DNA of 64,000 bases. Source: Histomonas meleagridis 2922-C6/04-290x. Taxonomy: Eukaryota; Protista; Parabasalia. The stretch spans positions 1 to 64,000 of the forward strand of contig JAANOX010000267.1 of assembly GCA_020184695.1 (NCBI GenBank). Reading direction: 5' to 3'. The notes below the pieces were generated by a model. It searched no databases. It saw nothing but the letters and a program-made list of their open reading frames with translations, and was not told the DNA's origin. Shown here in pieces: positions 10,285-22,036 of the stretch. Within the stretch, counting starts at the first letter, position 1. Every line of letters starts with the position of its first letter. The position numbers and the translations under genes were made by a program.

Positions 10285-11043
10285 ATGGGAGCTTCAAACT
10301 CATCTCCAACGAAACAGGAGCCGAAACAACCAAAAAAGGTCCAACCAGAAAAAGCACAACCAAAAATGGCTCAACCAGAAAAAGATCCCAATCCAACAAT
10401 AGTTGATATACCATGGACTGATTCAATGTCTCCTGTTTTAATTATTACTGATCTTCATCTTGGTAAACATGGAGATAAGCAAAGAGCTTTCCAATGTTTT
10501 AAATCAGCAATAACAGAAACAATCCAAACTGTTCACCCTGGCTCTATTTTTTGTTTGGGAGATATAATTCATCGGAATGAAACTAACACAGTACAAGATC
10601 TCATTAATTTCTTTCAAATGCTCAAAGAACTAACAGTTCTTCCATGTCATATAATTCTTGGAAATCATGACAGAAAATTTACTAAGAGCCTTGCTTGGCG
10701 AAATGATTCCAATGTTTACTTTCATCCAGAAGCAATTATGAACATTAACAATAAAGTATTTTTGACACATGATATGTTATATTGTCGTGTTGGGAGGTCA
10801 TTGTCTGATTGCAGAGCATGGTTTTCTAAGTTAAGAGGTCGATTTCCAGGTAAAATTCCTGACGATGCTTTGCTTATTTGCGGTCATATTCATACTCAAT
10901 TAATGTTAGACAATGGAATGACTCGATCTGTCGCCACATATTCACCTGAAGACACAGCCACTAATTACGCGATTTTAACATTAAAAAATGATGGAAATTT
11001 TGAGTTCCAACAAAAAACAAAATTTTTAAAAGATGTTCCCTAA
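10285..11043 (+). CDS. Calcineurin-like metallophosphoesterase with N-myristoylation motif
   Basis: Motifs TDLHLG, LGDIIH, LGNHD, LTHD and CGHIH. The likely start is MGASNSS at 10285, inside ORF 10189..11043. Confidence 0.85.
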   Translation: MGASNSSPTKQEPKQPKKVQPEKAQPKMAQPEKDPNPTIVDIPWTDSMSPVLIITDLHLGKHGDKQRAFQCFKSAITETIQTVHPGSIFCLGDIIHRNETNTVQDLINFFQMLKELTVLPCHIILGNHDRKFTKSLAWRNDSNVYFHPEAIMNINNKVFLTHDMLYCRVGRSLSDCRAWFSKLRGRFPGKIPDDALLICGHIHTQLMLDNGMTRSVATYSPEDTATNYAILTLKNDGNFEFQQKTKFLKDVP

Positions 11044-11220
11044 GTTAAAAGATCAAAATAAATAAATAAACACCCGAATATCAGATTTTTTTTTGTATTT
11101 TTATGATGTTTTCTTATTTCGAAAGGATTTATTTGCTTGCTTTAAACATTAAATTTTAAACTCGATTTTTCATATCACATTTCATTTAAATAAATGGTTG
11201 ACTTAAGTTCAAAGGAATTT

Positions 11221-11592
11221 TTATTTGAAGAATCTAATTTCTTGGAATTCGTGTGGTTCAAAGTTAACTGTTACTGTTGGCTCTGGTTCAAGTACATCTG
11301 CAAAATCGATATCATCAATATCTCCTGTTTGAAGTTCTAAGCCAAGATTGCATCCGTTATATGCAGCTTGTGTTGATGTAACAATTTTCCTTTCCATTTT
11401 TAGGTGATTTGCAAAACCAATTCCAAAGAGTGCTGCTGTTGATTTAAAGTCTTGATCTTCTGAACTTGATGTTAATTTTTTTAAGTGTACTTCGAGGGGA
11501 TGTTCATTGATCTTACCATGACGAAGATTTGGAAGCCCTTCACGCATCACATCGACGGGCATTGGTGGGATCATTTCATCATACATTTCCAT
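11221..11592 (-). CDS. UMP1: Proteasome maturation factor UMP1/POMP
   Basis: HPLE motif, FGxGFANHLKME, LGLELQTGDIDDIDFADVL; typical size. Confidence 0.85.
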   Translation of the reverse strand: MEMYDEMIPPMPVDVMREGLPNLRHGKINEHPLEVHLKKLTSSSEDQDFKSTAALFGIGFANHLKMERKIVTSTQAAYNGCNLGLELQTGDIDDIDFADVLEPEPTVTVNFEPHEFQEIRFFK

Positions 11593-11841
11593 AACTTTGT
11601 CACTTTTTTATAATTGGTCGAAAATGACACTTTTTTATCAACAAATTTTTTTCTTTTATTTTCTATTTAGTGCTATATTTTATTATTTAAAATGAGTTTT
11701 AGCTTCTATTAGTGAACATAATTTCGACTTTTGCTAACATAATTTTAAATTAATTTCATTTTGTAAAAATAATATATAAAAATCCTTCAAGAAATTAATA
11801 ATTTTAAATTAATTAAATTTAAAAATTTTTCTATTTTACTT

Positions 11842-14800
11842 CTATTTTTTCTTTGTATCATCTGGGTGCACACCATTATGAGCATTTGCCAACATCAACT
11901 TTAATCTATTTAATTGGTTAACTTCGCTTGCGCCTGGGTCATAATCTATAGCTGCTATATTTGCCTGTGGGAATCTTCTTCTTAATTCCTTTATCATACC
12001 TTTACCAGTTACGTGATTTGGCAAGCATCCAAAAGGTTGCAGACAAGCGATGTTTGGAACTCCTTCGTTAATCAACTCGACCATTTCAGCTGTAAGAAGC
12101 CAACCTTCGCCAGTAATATTACCAAGTTGCACGATGTCATTTACATCATTTTGCATTTCGTAAATATTTTTCGGTGGAATAAATCTTTTGGACTTATCCA
12201 AAGATTTAATCTTTTGATATCTATACATATCTATTAGTTTTATTAAAACTTTCGATATTATTAATGACTTGTATGGATCACTTAAAACGTTATGCTTATA
12301 TTCTCCTTGAGAGAAACAGTATATAAAGAAATCCATTAAATCGGGTACAACAGCTTCAGCACCTTCTGATTCTATTGTATTTACGATTTCATTATTAGCA
12401 GTTGGATGAAACTTGACTAAAATTTCACCAACAACACCTACGCGAGGCTTTTGTATATTATTTATTAATGGTAAATTTTCAAAATCATTAACAATATTTT
12501 TGATTAAGTTATTATAACCAATTATTGATAATGATTTTAATTGTTCGCATGAAATTTTATTCCATTTCTCATATAAATCATTTGCAGAACCTTTAATTAG
12601 TTCATATGGTCGAGTTCTATATAGAACACGCATTAATAAATCACCAATACATACTGCCATTATTAAACGATGTAATAAAGATATCGATAATTTAAATCCG
12701 GGATTTTTTTCAATCAATTGAGCAGATAACCCAATGACTGGAATATGATTCCAATTATTTTTATTTAATGCTCTACGTATAAATCCAATATAATTAGTTG
12801 CGCGACAACCACCTCCTGTTTGTGTTATAATTAGCGCAACTTTATTTAAGTCATATTTACCACTTTTTAATGCATTCATTAATTGCCCAGTAACTATAAT
12901 AGATGGATAACATGCATCATTATTAACATATTGTAATCCCATATCAACTGCTTTCGAATCTACATCAGGTAATACTTCTAAGTTATAATTATTATATTTA
13001 AATGCTTCTTTTAAAAGTCTGAAATGTATTGGTGACATTTGTGGTGCTAAAATTGTATAATTCTTTTGATCTTCAGTAAATATTGCTCGATTATATGAAC
13101 TTGATTTGATGATAGGTTTGTAATTATTACGTTTTCGTTCATTCATTGCTGCTATTAAACTTCGCATCCTAATTCGAACTGCACCTAAATTAGAACCTTC
13201 ATCGACTTTAATTAATGTATACATTCTTCCTTTAGAATTAAGTATTTCTTCAACTTGATCACTTGTAATAGCGTCAAGACCACAACCAAAAGAAGTCATT
13301 TGTACTAATTCTAAATTCGGATTTTTCGTTACATATTGAGCAGATCGATATAAACGATTATGATAAGTCCATTGATCTACTACACGTATAGGTCTTTCTA
13401 ATTTACCTAAATGTGCTATACTATCTTCAGTTAATACGCCTAATCCTAATCCTGTGATTAGTTCTGGAATTCCATGATTAATTTCAGGATCTAAATGATA
13501 AGGTCTTCCTGCTAATACTATACCTTTCATTTTGTTTTTCTCTAATTTTTTAAGTGCTTTAATACCCATTTCTTTAATATCATTTCGATATTTCTCTTGT
13601 TCATCCCACGCAAAATTTAAAGCTTCTTTAATTTCTTTTGAAGTTATATTAAATTTTGTGGATAATTCTTCAATTAAACGTTCTGTTAAACGCTTTTTAT
13701 TATCTATAGGTAAAAATGGATTCATAAAAATTATGTTTTTGTCTTGACGTAATGAATCGATATTATTTTTTAATACTTCTGAATAAGAAGTTACGATTGG
13801 ACAATTATAATGATTTCCGGCAGTTTTATCTTCTTTAATTTCATAAGGTATACAAGGATACCAAATGAATTTAATTCCGGATTTAATTAATGATTCGATA
13901 TGTCCATGAGATATTTTCCCTGGATAACATACTGATTCAGATGGAATACTTTCTAAACCTTTTTCATATATTTTCCGAGATGAACGAGGTGAAAGTATAA
14001 CTCTAAATCCTAATTTAGTGAAAAATGTAAACCACAATGGATAATTTTCATAGATATTTAATACACGTGGAATTCCAACTTCACCACGTATTGCTTTATC
14101 TTTTTGTAATGGTTTATATCTAAATAATCGTTCATATTTTTCTTTAAATACATTTGGTGGTTGTATTATATTTTTATGTTTTTTAACTTTAATAATTTCT
14201 AAGCCTTTTTCACATCGATTACCAGTAACAAATTTACGATCTTTATCACCATCATTAAAAGTATTAATAGTTAAAAGACAATTATTCATACAACCTCCAC
14301 ATCTTTTAAGTTCTAATGAAACTTTAAATTTCTCAAGTTTTTCCAATGTGATTAAATTTGATTTTTCGTTTCTATTTGAGCCTTTTTCTTTCCATTGTTG
14401 AAGTGCTATTAAAGCTGCACCATAAGCACCCATTAAACCAGCAATATTAGGACGTATAACATTATGACCTGCAATTAATTCAAATGCTCTTAATACTGCA
14501 TCATTATTAAATGTACCTCCTTGAACAACAATTTTTTTGTCTTTAAGTTCTTCGATATTACTTAATTTAATTACTTTAAATAAAGCGTTCTTAACAACTG
14601 AATATGAAAGTCCTGCTGATATATCACCTATTGAAGCTCCTTCTTTTTGTGCTTGTTTAACTCGACTATTCATAAACACTGTACATCTACTACCTAAATC
14701 AATAGGATATTTAGATTTAAGTGCCAGATTAGAAAAGGTTTTTATGTCTAAATTTAAACTTCGTGCAAAGTTTTCTAAAAAGCTTCCACAACCTGATGAA

Positions 14801-16329
14801 CATGCTTCATTAAGTTGTATAGAAGTAATTGCTCCATCTTTCATACGTAAACATTTCATATCTTGTCCGCCTATATCTAATAAGAATTCGACGCCTGGTA
14901 AAAATCTTTCAGCTGCTTTATAATGTGCTATAGTTTCTACTTCGCCTAAATCGACACCTAAAGCAGATTGGAAAAGTGTTTCTCCATAACCTGTTGAACA
15001 AGATCTTGCTATATATGAATCCTTTGGTAATTTAGAATATATATCTTTAAGTATTTTAATTGCTAAATTAATTGGATTTCCTCCATTCACATCATAAAAT
15101 TTATATAATATATTACCTTCTTCATTAATGAGAACTGTTTTTGTTGTTGTAGATCCTGCATCAATACCTAAAAATAATGGTCCTTTAGCATTATCCAAAT
15201 TATTAATAATAACTTTTTCTTTTTCATGTCGTTCTTTAAATTCTTTAAATTCATTTTCATCTTTAAATAATGGATCAAGTCTTCGAACTTCATGTAATTC
15301 AGCTGTTTCAAGATTTTTAATTCTATTTCGTAACTCAGCTATTGATATTAATTTTGAATTGGGCTTTGTCGAAAGTGCTGCACCTAAAGCAACAAATAAT
15401 TGTGAATTTTTCGGCTCATAATATTGGCCTTCTTTTAAATGTAATGTTTCGACAAATCGTTTTCGTAATTGATCTAAAAAATGTAATGGACCACCTAAAA
15501 ATGCTACATTTCCTCGAATAGGTTTCCCACATGCTAAACCCGAAATTGTTTGTGATACTACGGCTTGACATATTGATGCTGAAATATCTTCGCGTCTTGC
15601 TCCTTCATTAATTAATGGTTGAACATCTGTTTTTGCAAAGACTCCACATCGTGCTGCAATTGGATATATAATTTGCGCATTTCGTGCTAACTCATTAAGC
15701 CCTTGTGAATCAGTCTCTAATAATGCGGCCATTTGATCAATGAATGCTCCAGTTCCACCAGCACAAGTACCGTTCATTCGTTGTTCAATAGAATTGGAAA
15801 AATATGTAATTTTCGCATCTTCACCACCAAGTTCAATTGCAACATCAGTTTCTGGTATATACTTTTTGACCGCTGCTGTAGAAGCAATAACTTCTTGAAT
15901 AAAAGGTACTGAAATCCATTGAGAAAGTGCTAAGCCGCCAGAACCTGTTACTAAAATGTTTAATTTAGAATCTTGATTTTGTTTTTCTAATGCATTAAGA
16001 CATTCTGTTACAACTTGGATAATTGTTTTACGAACATCTGCACAATGTCGTTGATATTTTTGAAATAATGGTGTTTCATTAGAATCTAATGCAACAACTT
16101 TGACTGTAGTTGAGCCAACATCTATTCCAACTCGTATAGTAGGTAGTGCTTTCGGTATTGGAGTATTAATAAATAATTGCTTTTTTGTTTCAGGAAGATT
16201 TTGCGTTTTTGTGAAATGATCAATTTTTAGATCATTTGATAAAGTTGAACACTTTGAGTATTGGCGCACTGAAAATAAGTTAGCAATTGATAATGATTTT
16301 GGTGTTATATGTGAACAGGACAGCAACAT
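11842..16329 (-). CDS. Fused 2-hydroxyacyl-CoA dehydratase activase-type protein (2x BcrA/BadF ATPase + DUF2229 + dehydratase-like domain), bacterial type, with N-terminal presequence
   Basis: GIDVGSTTVK and GIDAGSTTTK; Fe-S motifs MNGTCAGGTG/ARCGVF and LNEACSSGCG/SRCTVF; VGIPRVLNIYENYP; QPFGCLPNH. Confidence 0.92.
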   Translation of the reverse strand: MLLSCSHITPKSLSIANLFSVRQYSKCSTLSNDLKIDHFTKTQNLPETKKQLFINTPIPKALPTIRVGIDVGSTTVKVVALDSNETPLFQKYQRHCADVRKTIIQVVTECLNALEKQNQDSKLNILVTGSGGLALSQWISVPFIQEVIASTAAVKKYIPETDVAIELGGEDAKITYFSNSIEQRMNGTCAGGTGAFIDQMAALLETDSQGLNELARNAQIIYPIAARCGVFAKTDVQPLINEGARREDISASICQAVVSQTISGLACGKPIRGNVAFLGGPLHFLDQLRKRFVETLHLKEGQYYEPKNSQLFVALGAALSTKPNSKLISIAELRNRIKNLETAELHEVRRLDPLFKDENEFKEFKERHEKEKVIINNLDNAKGPLFLGIDAGSTTTKTVLINEEGNILYKFYDVNGGNPINLAIKILKDIYSKLPKDSYIARSCSTGYGETLFQSALGVDLGEVETIAHYKAAERFLPGVEFLLDIGGQDMKCLRMKDGAITSIQLNEACSSGCGSFLENFARSLNLDIKTFSNLALKSKYPIDLGSRCTVFMNSRVKQAQKEGASIGDISAGLSYSVVKNALFKVIKLSNIEELKDKKIVVQGGTFNNDAVLRAFELIAGHNVIRPNIAGLMGAYGAALIALQQWKEKGSNRNEKSNLITLEKLEKFKVSLELKRCGGCMNNCLLTINTFNDGDKDRKFVTGNRCEKGLEIIKVKKHKNIIQPPNVFKEKYERLFRYKPLQKDKAIRGEVGIPRVLNIYENYPLWFTFFTKLGFRVILSPRSSRKIYEKGLESIPSESVCYPGKISHGHIESLIKSGIKFIWYPCIPYEIKEDKTAGNHYNCPIVTSYSEVLKNNIDSLRQDKNIIFMNPFLPIDNKKRLTERLIEELSTKFNITSKEIKEALNFAWDEQEKYRNDIKEMGIKALKKLEKNKMKGIVLAGRPYHLDPEINHGIPELITGLGLGVLTEDSIAHLGKLERPIRVVDQWTYHNRLYRSAQYVTKNPNLELVQMTSFGCGLDAITSDQVEEILNSKGRMYTLIKVDEGSNLGAVRIRMRSLIAAMNERKRNNYKPIIKSSSYNRAIFTEDQKNYTILAPQMSPIHFRLLKEAFKYNNYNLEVLPDVDSKAVDMGLQYVNNDACYPSIIVTGQLMNALKSGKYDLNKVALIITQTGGGCRATNYIGFIRRALNKNNWNHIPVIGLSAQLIEKNPGFKLSISLLHRLIMAVCIGDLLMRVLYRTRPYELIKGSANDLYEKWNKISCEQLKSLSIIGYNNLIKNIVNDFENLPLINNIQKPRVGVVGEILVKFHPTANNEIVNTIESEGAEAVVPDLMDFFIYCFSQGEYKHNVLSDPYKSLIISKVLIKLIDMYRYQKIKSLDKSKRFIPPKNIYEMQNDVNDIVQLGNITGEGWLLTAEMVELINEGVPNIACLQPFGCLPNHVTGKGMIKELRRRFPQANIAAIDYDPGASEVNQLNRLKLMLANAHNGVHPDDTKKK

Positions 16330-17027
16330 GCCCTGAAAATGAGTTTCTGATTAAAATTCAATTAAGAATAAACTATACGATCAAAACATATTTTGGATCA
16401 AAATAAATTTACTGTATTTTTTAATCAATAATACAAAATTTTTAATTCATGGTTTATTTTAGTGTAATCAAGACTATATTTATTTAAGATTTAATTTATT
16501 GTTATTGAGAGGAGAAAGAAATTTACTGATGATTACTAATCGCAATGTGTGGTCAGTTGATTGAATACTTTTCAATGCGTCTATCCGTTTGTCAAAAGCG
16601 CTGAAATATTTTCTTTTGTTAAATGTTAACTATAAATTATAAGGATTTTTTTTGTATGCTCAAACTAGAATTGCTTTCATTAAAAAAGCACAATTCCTAA
16701 TTTGTAAATATGAATCAATGAGAGCATTTCAAATTAGCCAATGTATTCTCATTCAAAAAGATATAACAAACATATTTATCATAAAGATACTTTCTTGAAT
16801 GTTATTTCATAAATTAATTATAAAGTTGATGCTGTATTCGAAATCAATGAAAAGTCTTAAACCGAGATTATTTCAGAAAGAAGGACTCGATTTTTGGGTT
16901 TTATATCGGCATTATTCGAAAAGCGAATTTTCAAATATTTATCACACTTTGAAAGCGGTACAAAAAAATGCTTTTCAACAATCGAACGTTTACCATAACC
17001 AAAACCGTTATTTGAGCTAAATCCATT

Positions 17028-20000
17028 TTGATGCAAAACAAAGAAAAATTACCCGCACCTTTTTCTTTAATTGGAGACTCCCCATGTTCAGAACATGGAG
17101 CGTGTCCGATTCATTTCTGGTCTTCCAATGACAACGAAAGATTATTAATTGATTGTTTTGCAGATTCTGGTCCTGAAGTATTAAAAACCACTGACTTCTA
17201 TGGAAATTCCCCACTTCATTATTCTGTTTTCTTTTCTGCTTATTCAGCAAGTCGATTTATAGTAACTGCATTAAAATCATATAATTTTTATAATTGCGAT
17301 CAAATTACGCCAGCCCATCTTGCTGCAATAAAAGGCGATGTAAAAATGCTACAAATTCTTGTTAAATCCAGTGTTTTATTACAATCTTTAACATATAATG
17401 GATGGAGTCCTTTTCACTTTGCAATATTACATGAACAATTAGAAGCGGCTAAATATATTCTTGAGAATTCCAACAAAAGTATTATTAATTCCATAGTTAA
17501 AGGTCCACCAATGTCAAATCAAAATCAAAATTATAAATTTTATACTCCATTAGACATAGCTCAAACAACCAAAAACCAACAAATTATTGATTTTCTTCTT
17601 TCTAACAATGCATATCCATCTCTTCATGCATCTATTATCAACAAAGATTATCGTTGTTTATCATATCATTTATTTTCCAAAAAGTCATCCAAAGATCTAG
17701 ATATTCGTTCACCAAACACGGGTTGTACAGCGTTACATCTTGCTGCATATTTTGGTAATTATCAATTTTGTAATTCCTTATTAGAGTCAGGAGCCTCAGC
17801 AGATGTTGAAGACAAGTATCATATGACTCCACTTGATTACTCCATTGTTACAAATTCGTACAACACGTTTACAGTCATCTCTCAATATACATGCCAGAAA
17901 TATTTGACAAAGTCATTTTTCATCGCATCAGACTTAAACCGTTTACAGTTTTATTCGCCGTTAGAGCGGTTAATCGATGACTTAACGTACTCCAACGATG
18001 ACGATGAGATTTTATTTGTCCATTTAATTAAGCGAAATCTTAGTCAATATATATCTCCATTATTAACGCTTCCATGTAATTTAGAACAGAAAGATAAAAA
18101 TGGAACTACATTTTTTCATTATTGTGGATTATTACCAAACAATTCCACGTTAATTGAACAATTAGAACAAAAGAAACAATTTGATTATAATTGTAAAGAT
18201 CGAAATGGGTTAATACCATATACATATGCCGCGCGACTTAATAATTATTCGATGATCAAACAACTTAAAGAGAAATCTGATTTAAATTACATTGATTCAT
18301 ATGGAATGTCACCGATACTTTATACATTATTTGATGAATCACGAACATTATTAACATTACCTACTAACAAATTCCAAAAGTTTACAATTAATGTTAAAGA
18401 ATTAGTTCGAACACTTCAAGTCAAGAACTCGAAAATATTATTTTATAATTATAATCAAAACGAAGAAATTAATTATGAATGTGAAACCATAACAATGTTT
18501 TCTAACTCATATCAAACGGCATTAACATCCTCGACAATTGATTTATTCTTAAAGAAAACTAATGGTATATTATATGGTGGAACAATATTACATGCAGCGA
18601 TATTATTTGGTGTTAATAGTGGAAACATTGCCAAATATTATAATGAATTAATTAATGTACCGAATGATTTAGGTCAAACTCCATTACAATTTGCGGCGTT
18701 AATACGTCGCGCAGATATAGTTGCAGTATTAATTAATTTAAATGCGAATTTGTTCTTAAAAGATAATAATGGAAATTCATTATTTCATTTTGTAGATGAT
18801 CCATTAGTCTTTAAATTTGTTAATGATATCACGAAGAATGTATATATTAATGATGAATATATAAATAATGAAGGAGAAACGCCTATACATATTGCATGTA
18901 AGAATAATAGTATTGATATATTAAAATGTTTTATAAAGATAATTAATGATTATACAGTATTATCATTACCTGATAAAAAAGGTTTAACGCCTTTAGATTA
19001 TGCATTTAAAACACATTCGAATGAATGTATTGATTTCTTACATTCATTTGGTGTAGAGAACTTATTAATAAATGCAATTAAAAATAATGATATTAAATTA
19101 GTGAAAGAATTAGTAAAAAATAATTATTCAATTAACTCTTGTGATCGTGGGTTATTTACTCCTTTACATATTTCAATACAACAACAAAACTTAGAAATTA
19201 CTAAATTCTTACTCGATCAAAATGCTGATATTAATGCTAAAACTACAAAAGGTTTTACGCCATTACATATTGCAGCACAACAAAACAATTATGAGTTATG
19301 TTATTTATTATTATCGAGAAATATAAAATTAAATGATTTCAAACAAGATGAACAACCTTATTTATTATCTACTGATCCAAAAATTATTATATTTTTATGT
19401 CATTATTGGAAACGACAATTTCTTGGAAATATTTTTTTAGATTTTATTACACAAACACAAAAAATGATTGGTTATATAAAGATTAATACATTTGAAATAA
19501 TAAAACTTACTGATAAAGATAATAAAAATTATAACTTTTTACATAACTTTGAAGATGTTATCCAAAACATCGAATTCATTACTAATCGAATTCGTAATTA
19601 TGGTATACGTTCTACACATAATAAATATAATTATATTGATTCGATTCATCATTTATTAATGATATTAAATGTAATTGATTTACAACAATATATTAATCAA
19701 TTTGAGAAAAGTATCGAAAACTCTATAAATTATTTCGTAAGTATTGAAGATTCGACGTTATCAATACTACAAATTATATTTGTTTTTATATTCCCATTAA
19801 AGTTCATACAATTAATAACTTCATTTTTAATGATATTAAAACAATTTTTAATACCTGAAATAGATAACATTAATTTATATGATTCGATTCTAGATAAATA
19901 TAAAGAAATTTCACATAAAATTCGTTCGTGTATAAATCTTTCACAACAATTATTAATGAATAATTTAATAAATCCTTTAGATAAAGAAATTATATCTAAA

Positions 20001-20627
20001 TCGTGTATAGGGCAATTAACAACATTTTGTTTCGGTATAATAAGAAAAGTGAATAATAAACCTCAATGTGTATTAACGCCACAACAATACATAAGTTTAA
20101 AGAATATTTTCGGTGATGAGTTCGAACTTCCACGTTTAATACCTTTTACTAAAGGTGAACATATTCGAATATATATAAAAGGTTTAAATTTGTTGATAAT
20201 GTCATCAAAGGATTCATTCATAATCCCTTTGTTCTTCGTGAACATTATTAATAAAAAAGGTTCTTATATAATAATGTCCCCAATCGGTTCATTAAAATTA
20301 GTAATCGATAAAAATAATCAAAACGATTACTTTTTGGATTACGTTTTGACTTTCTTGAAATTCGTCGTAGAAAGATACGAATATGGAGAGTCGGCAAATA
20401 ATAAAAATAATATGAGCGAAAACTTCTTCGAATGTGCTGTGGCATATAGAGAAAGAGGTAAACAAATTGTACAGTTCGGTACAATGATTGTGAAGGCGGC
20501 CGAAAAAGAAGACTGCTTCGACGCGTGCTTCGCTCATTTAAGAGAAATGTTGACAGCCGAACTTGTGTACTTTAATATAAGAGTAGCAAAGAAAATGAAT
20601 ACGCTGAGGGAATTGACGGTAATATGA
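17028..20627 (+). CDS. Ankyrin repeat protein, 1199 aa
   Basis: Many GxTPLH/TALH repeats (GNSPLHYS, GWSPFHFA, GCTALHLAA, GQTPLQFAA, GFTPLHIAA); ORF uninterrupted. Confidence 0.9.
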   Translation: MMQNKEKLPAPFSLIGDSPCSEHGACPIHFWSSNDNERLLIDCFADSGPEVLKTTDFYGNSPLHYSVFFSAYSASRFIVTALKSYNFYNCDQITPAHLAAIKGDVKMLQILVKSSVLLQSLTYNGWSPFHFAILHEQLEAAKYILENSNKSIINSIVKGPPMSNQNQNYKFYTPLDIAQTTKNQQIIDFLLSNNAYPSLHASIINKDYRCLSYHLFSKKSSKDLDIRSPNTGCTALHLAAYFGNYQFCNSLLESGASADVEDKYHMTPLDYSIVTNSYNTFTVISQYTCQKYLTKSFFIASDLNRLQFYSPLERLIDDLTYSNDDDEILFVHLIKRNLSQYISPLLTLPCNLEQKDKNGTTFFHYCGLLPNNSTLIEQLEQKKQFDYNCKDRNGLIPYTYAARLNNYSMIKQLKEKSDLNYIDSYGMSPILYTLFDESRTLLTLPTNKFQKFTINVKELVRTLQVKNSKILFYNYNQNEEINYECETITMFSNSYQTALTSSTIDLFLKKTNGILYGGTILHAAILFGVNSGNIAKYYNELINVPNDLGQTPLQFAALIRRADIVAVLINLNANLFLKDNNGNSLFHFVDDPLVFKFVNDITKNVYINDEYINNEGETPIHIACKNNSIDILKCFIKIINDYTVLSLPDKKGLTPLDYAFKTHSNECIDFLHSFGVENLLINAIKNNDIKLVKELVKNNYSINSCDRGLFTPLHISIQQQNLEITKFLLDQNADINAKTTKGFTPLHIAAQQNNYELCYLLLSRNIKLNDFKQDEQPYLLSTDPKIIIFLCHYWKRQFLGNIFLDFITQTQKMIGYIKINTFEIIKLTDKDNKNYNFLHNFEDVIQNIEFITNRIRNYGIRSTHNKYNYIDSIHHLLMILNVIDLQQYINQFEKSIENSINYFVSIEDSTLSILQIIFVFIFPLKFIQLITSFLMILKQFLIPEIDNINLYDSILDKYKEISHKIRSCINLSQQLLMNNLINPLDKEIISKSCIGQLTTFCFGIIRKVNNKPQCVLTPQQYISLKNIFGDEFELPRLIPFTKGEHIRIYIKGLNLLIMSSKDSFIIPLFFVNIINKKGSYIIMSPIGSLKLVIDKNNQNDYFLDYVLTFLKFVVERYEYGESANNKNNMSENFFECAVAYRERGKQIVQFGTMIVKAAEKEDCFDACFAHLREMLTAELVYFNIRVAKKMNTLRELTVI

Positions 20628-21130
20628 AATTAATAAATATTTGGTGTAAGAGAAAATTAAATTTTTGTAATATAAAAAAGAGTAGTGTAAAAGAAAAAAA
20701 AATCAGTTGTCAATCATTTTAATTTTTTGAAAATATTAAAACATAGTAAGGACATCAATTGCATAATTTATTGATTTTCCTCCATTTCCGATGATAATAT
20801 TGATCCCTACATATATAAAAATATATTTTATCAGTTTAAAATGATTTTATTAATTTACATTTAGATAAAAATGAAATTAATTTTACTCTTATTAAAAAAT
20901 TTAAAATAATTTTCCTATTATAAATAATGTTTATGTTTTTCTAATAATTTTCAAAATATATATAGAAAGAGAAATTTTTTATAATAATAATCGAATTTTA
21001 ATTCATAAATCAGCAATTTAATCTTTGAAATAGAAAAAAAAATATTTTCTCAATGAATTTTGCAAATATTCAAATACTGACTATTATAATGATTTTTTAA
21101 TGATCATATAATAATATTACAAATAGTTTA

Positions 21131-21745
21131 TTACAAAATCATGTGAAGCATTCTAAACACAGGTGCAGACAACTTACTTACCAAAAACGTGAAGAAAGGC
21201 GCGGTCACAATGATTGCGACCATTCGATATATCGCAAGTCCGCCGTATATTCCTTTAAATGTTTTATTTACTTTTTCTTCAGCAAGAGGCGAATCGTACC
21301 AATTGCCAAAGTCTCTTTTGGACTTATTTAACATGTACGACATCGGAAGTGCAAATGTCGTGATGAAAAGTGATGAACCAAGAATAATTAAACATAAAAT
21401 TAGAATAATTTTGGCACCAAATGCTTTGCTTTTAAGTTGATGCATAATTGCAGTGAAGATAAAACATGATACAAATACAAGAAATGTGGAAATATAAAAA
21501 AAAATATCTGTTGAAAGTGTAATGCGAATAAAAATAGTTGCCCATGTAGAAACAGTAGGTGGCATGGTAAGAATAACTATATAAGCAATTGCACAACCGG
21601 CAAGAAACATGTGAAAAATTGCAACAAAATCAATAAAAATTCGAAGCCCATTAAAAATACTTTTAGAAACTTCTTTGGCAATACGGTAATCTTCTGATGT
21701 AGGTTCATTTATTGTCATTTGTGCAAAATTTAATTGGCGAATCAT
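21131..21745 (-). CDS. Multi-pass membrane protein (about 4 TM), function unknown
   Basis: Four hydrophobic stretches in 204 aa. Confidence 0.6.
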   Translation of the reverse strand: MIRQLNFAQMTINEPTSEDYRIAKEVSKSIFNGLRIFIDFVAIFHMFLAGCAIAYIVILTMPPTVSTWATIFIRITLSTDIFFYISTFLVFVSCFIFTAIMHQLKSKAFGAKIILILCLIILGSSLFITTFALPMSYMLNKSKRDFGNWYDSPLAEEKVNKTFKGIYGGLAIYRMVAIIVTAPFFTFLVSKLSAPVFRMLHMIL

Positions 21746-22036
21746 TTTGTCTGTAATCTATAGGATCAAATTCGGAAAAATCGTTTTTTATTAAAAGTGA
21801 CGTGTCACTTTTATGTATTAAAAAAACCGCTTATATGAGGCAACATTTGAATGAAAATTTGGGTTTTCCACAATTTCGAATTGAGTTTCATTGATCATTT
21901 CATTTCACATGGGCAAAAGCTTAAATCAAACAATATACTCATATGAATGGAAGATATAATTTTTAATGAAACAAAGTATTTTTAGTTTAAATGAAGGAAT
22001 ATTCATATTTTTTTTTTTAATTTAATAATTAGTCAC

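Noticed and set aside
12013-15421. Plus-strand ORFs inside the activase gene, and similar antisense ORFs inside the BEACH, MAP65, MFS, channel, RPL34 and ADI genes
   Set aside because: They are antisense or alternate-frame shadows of well-supported genes and have no motifs.
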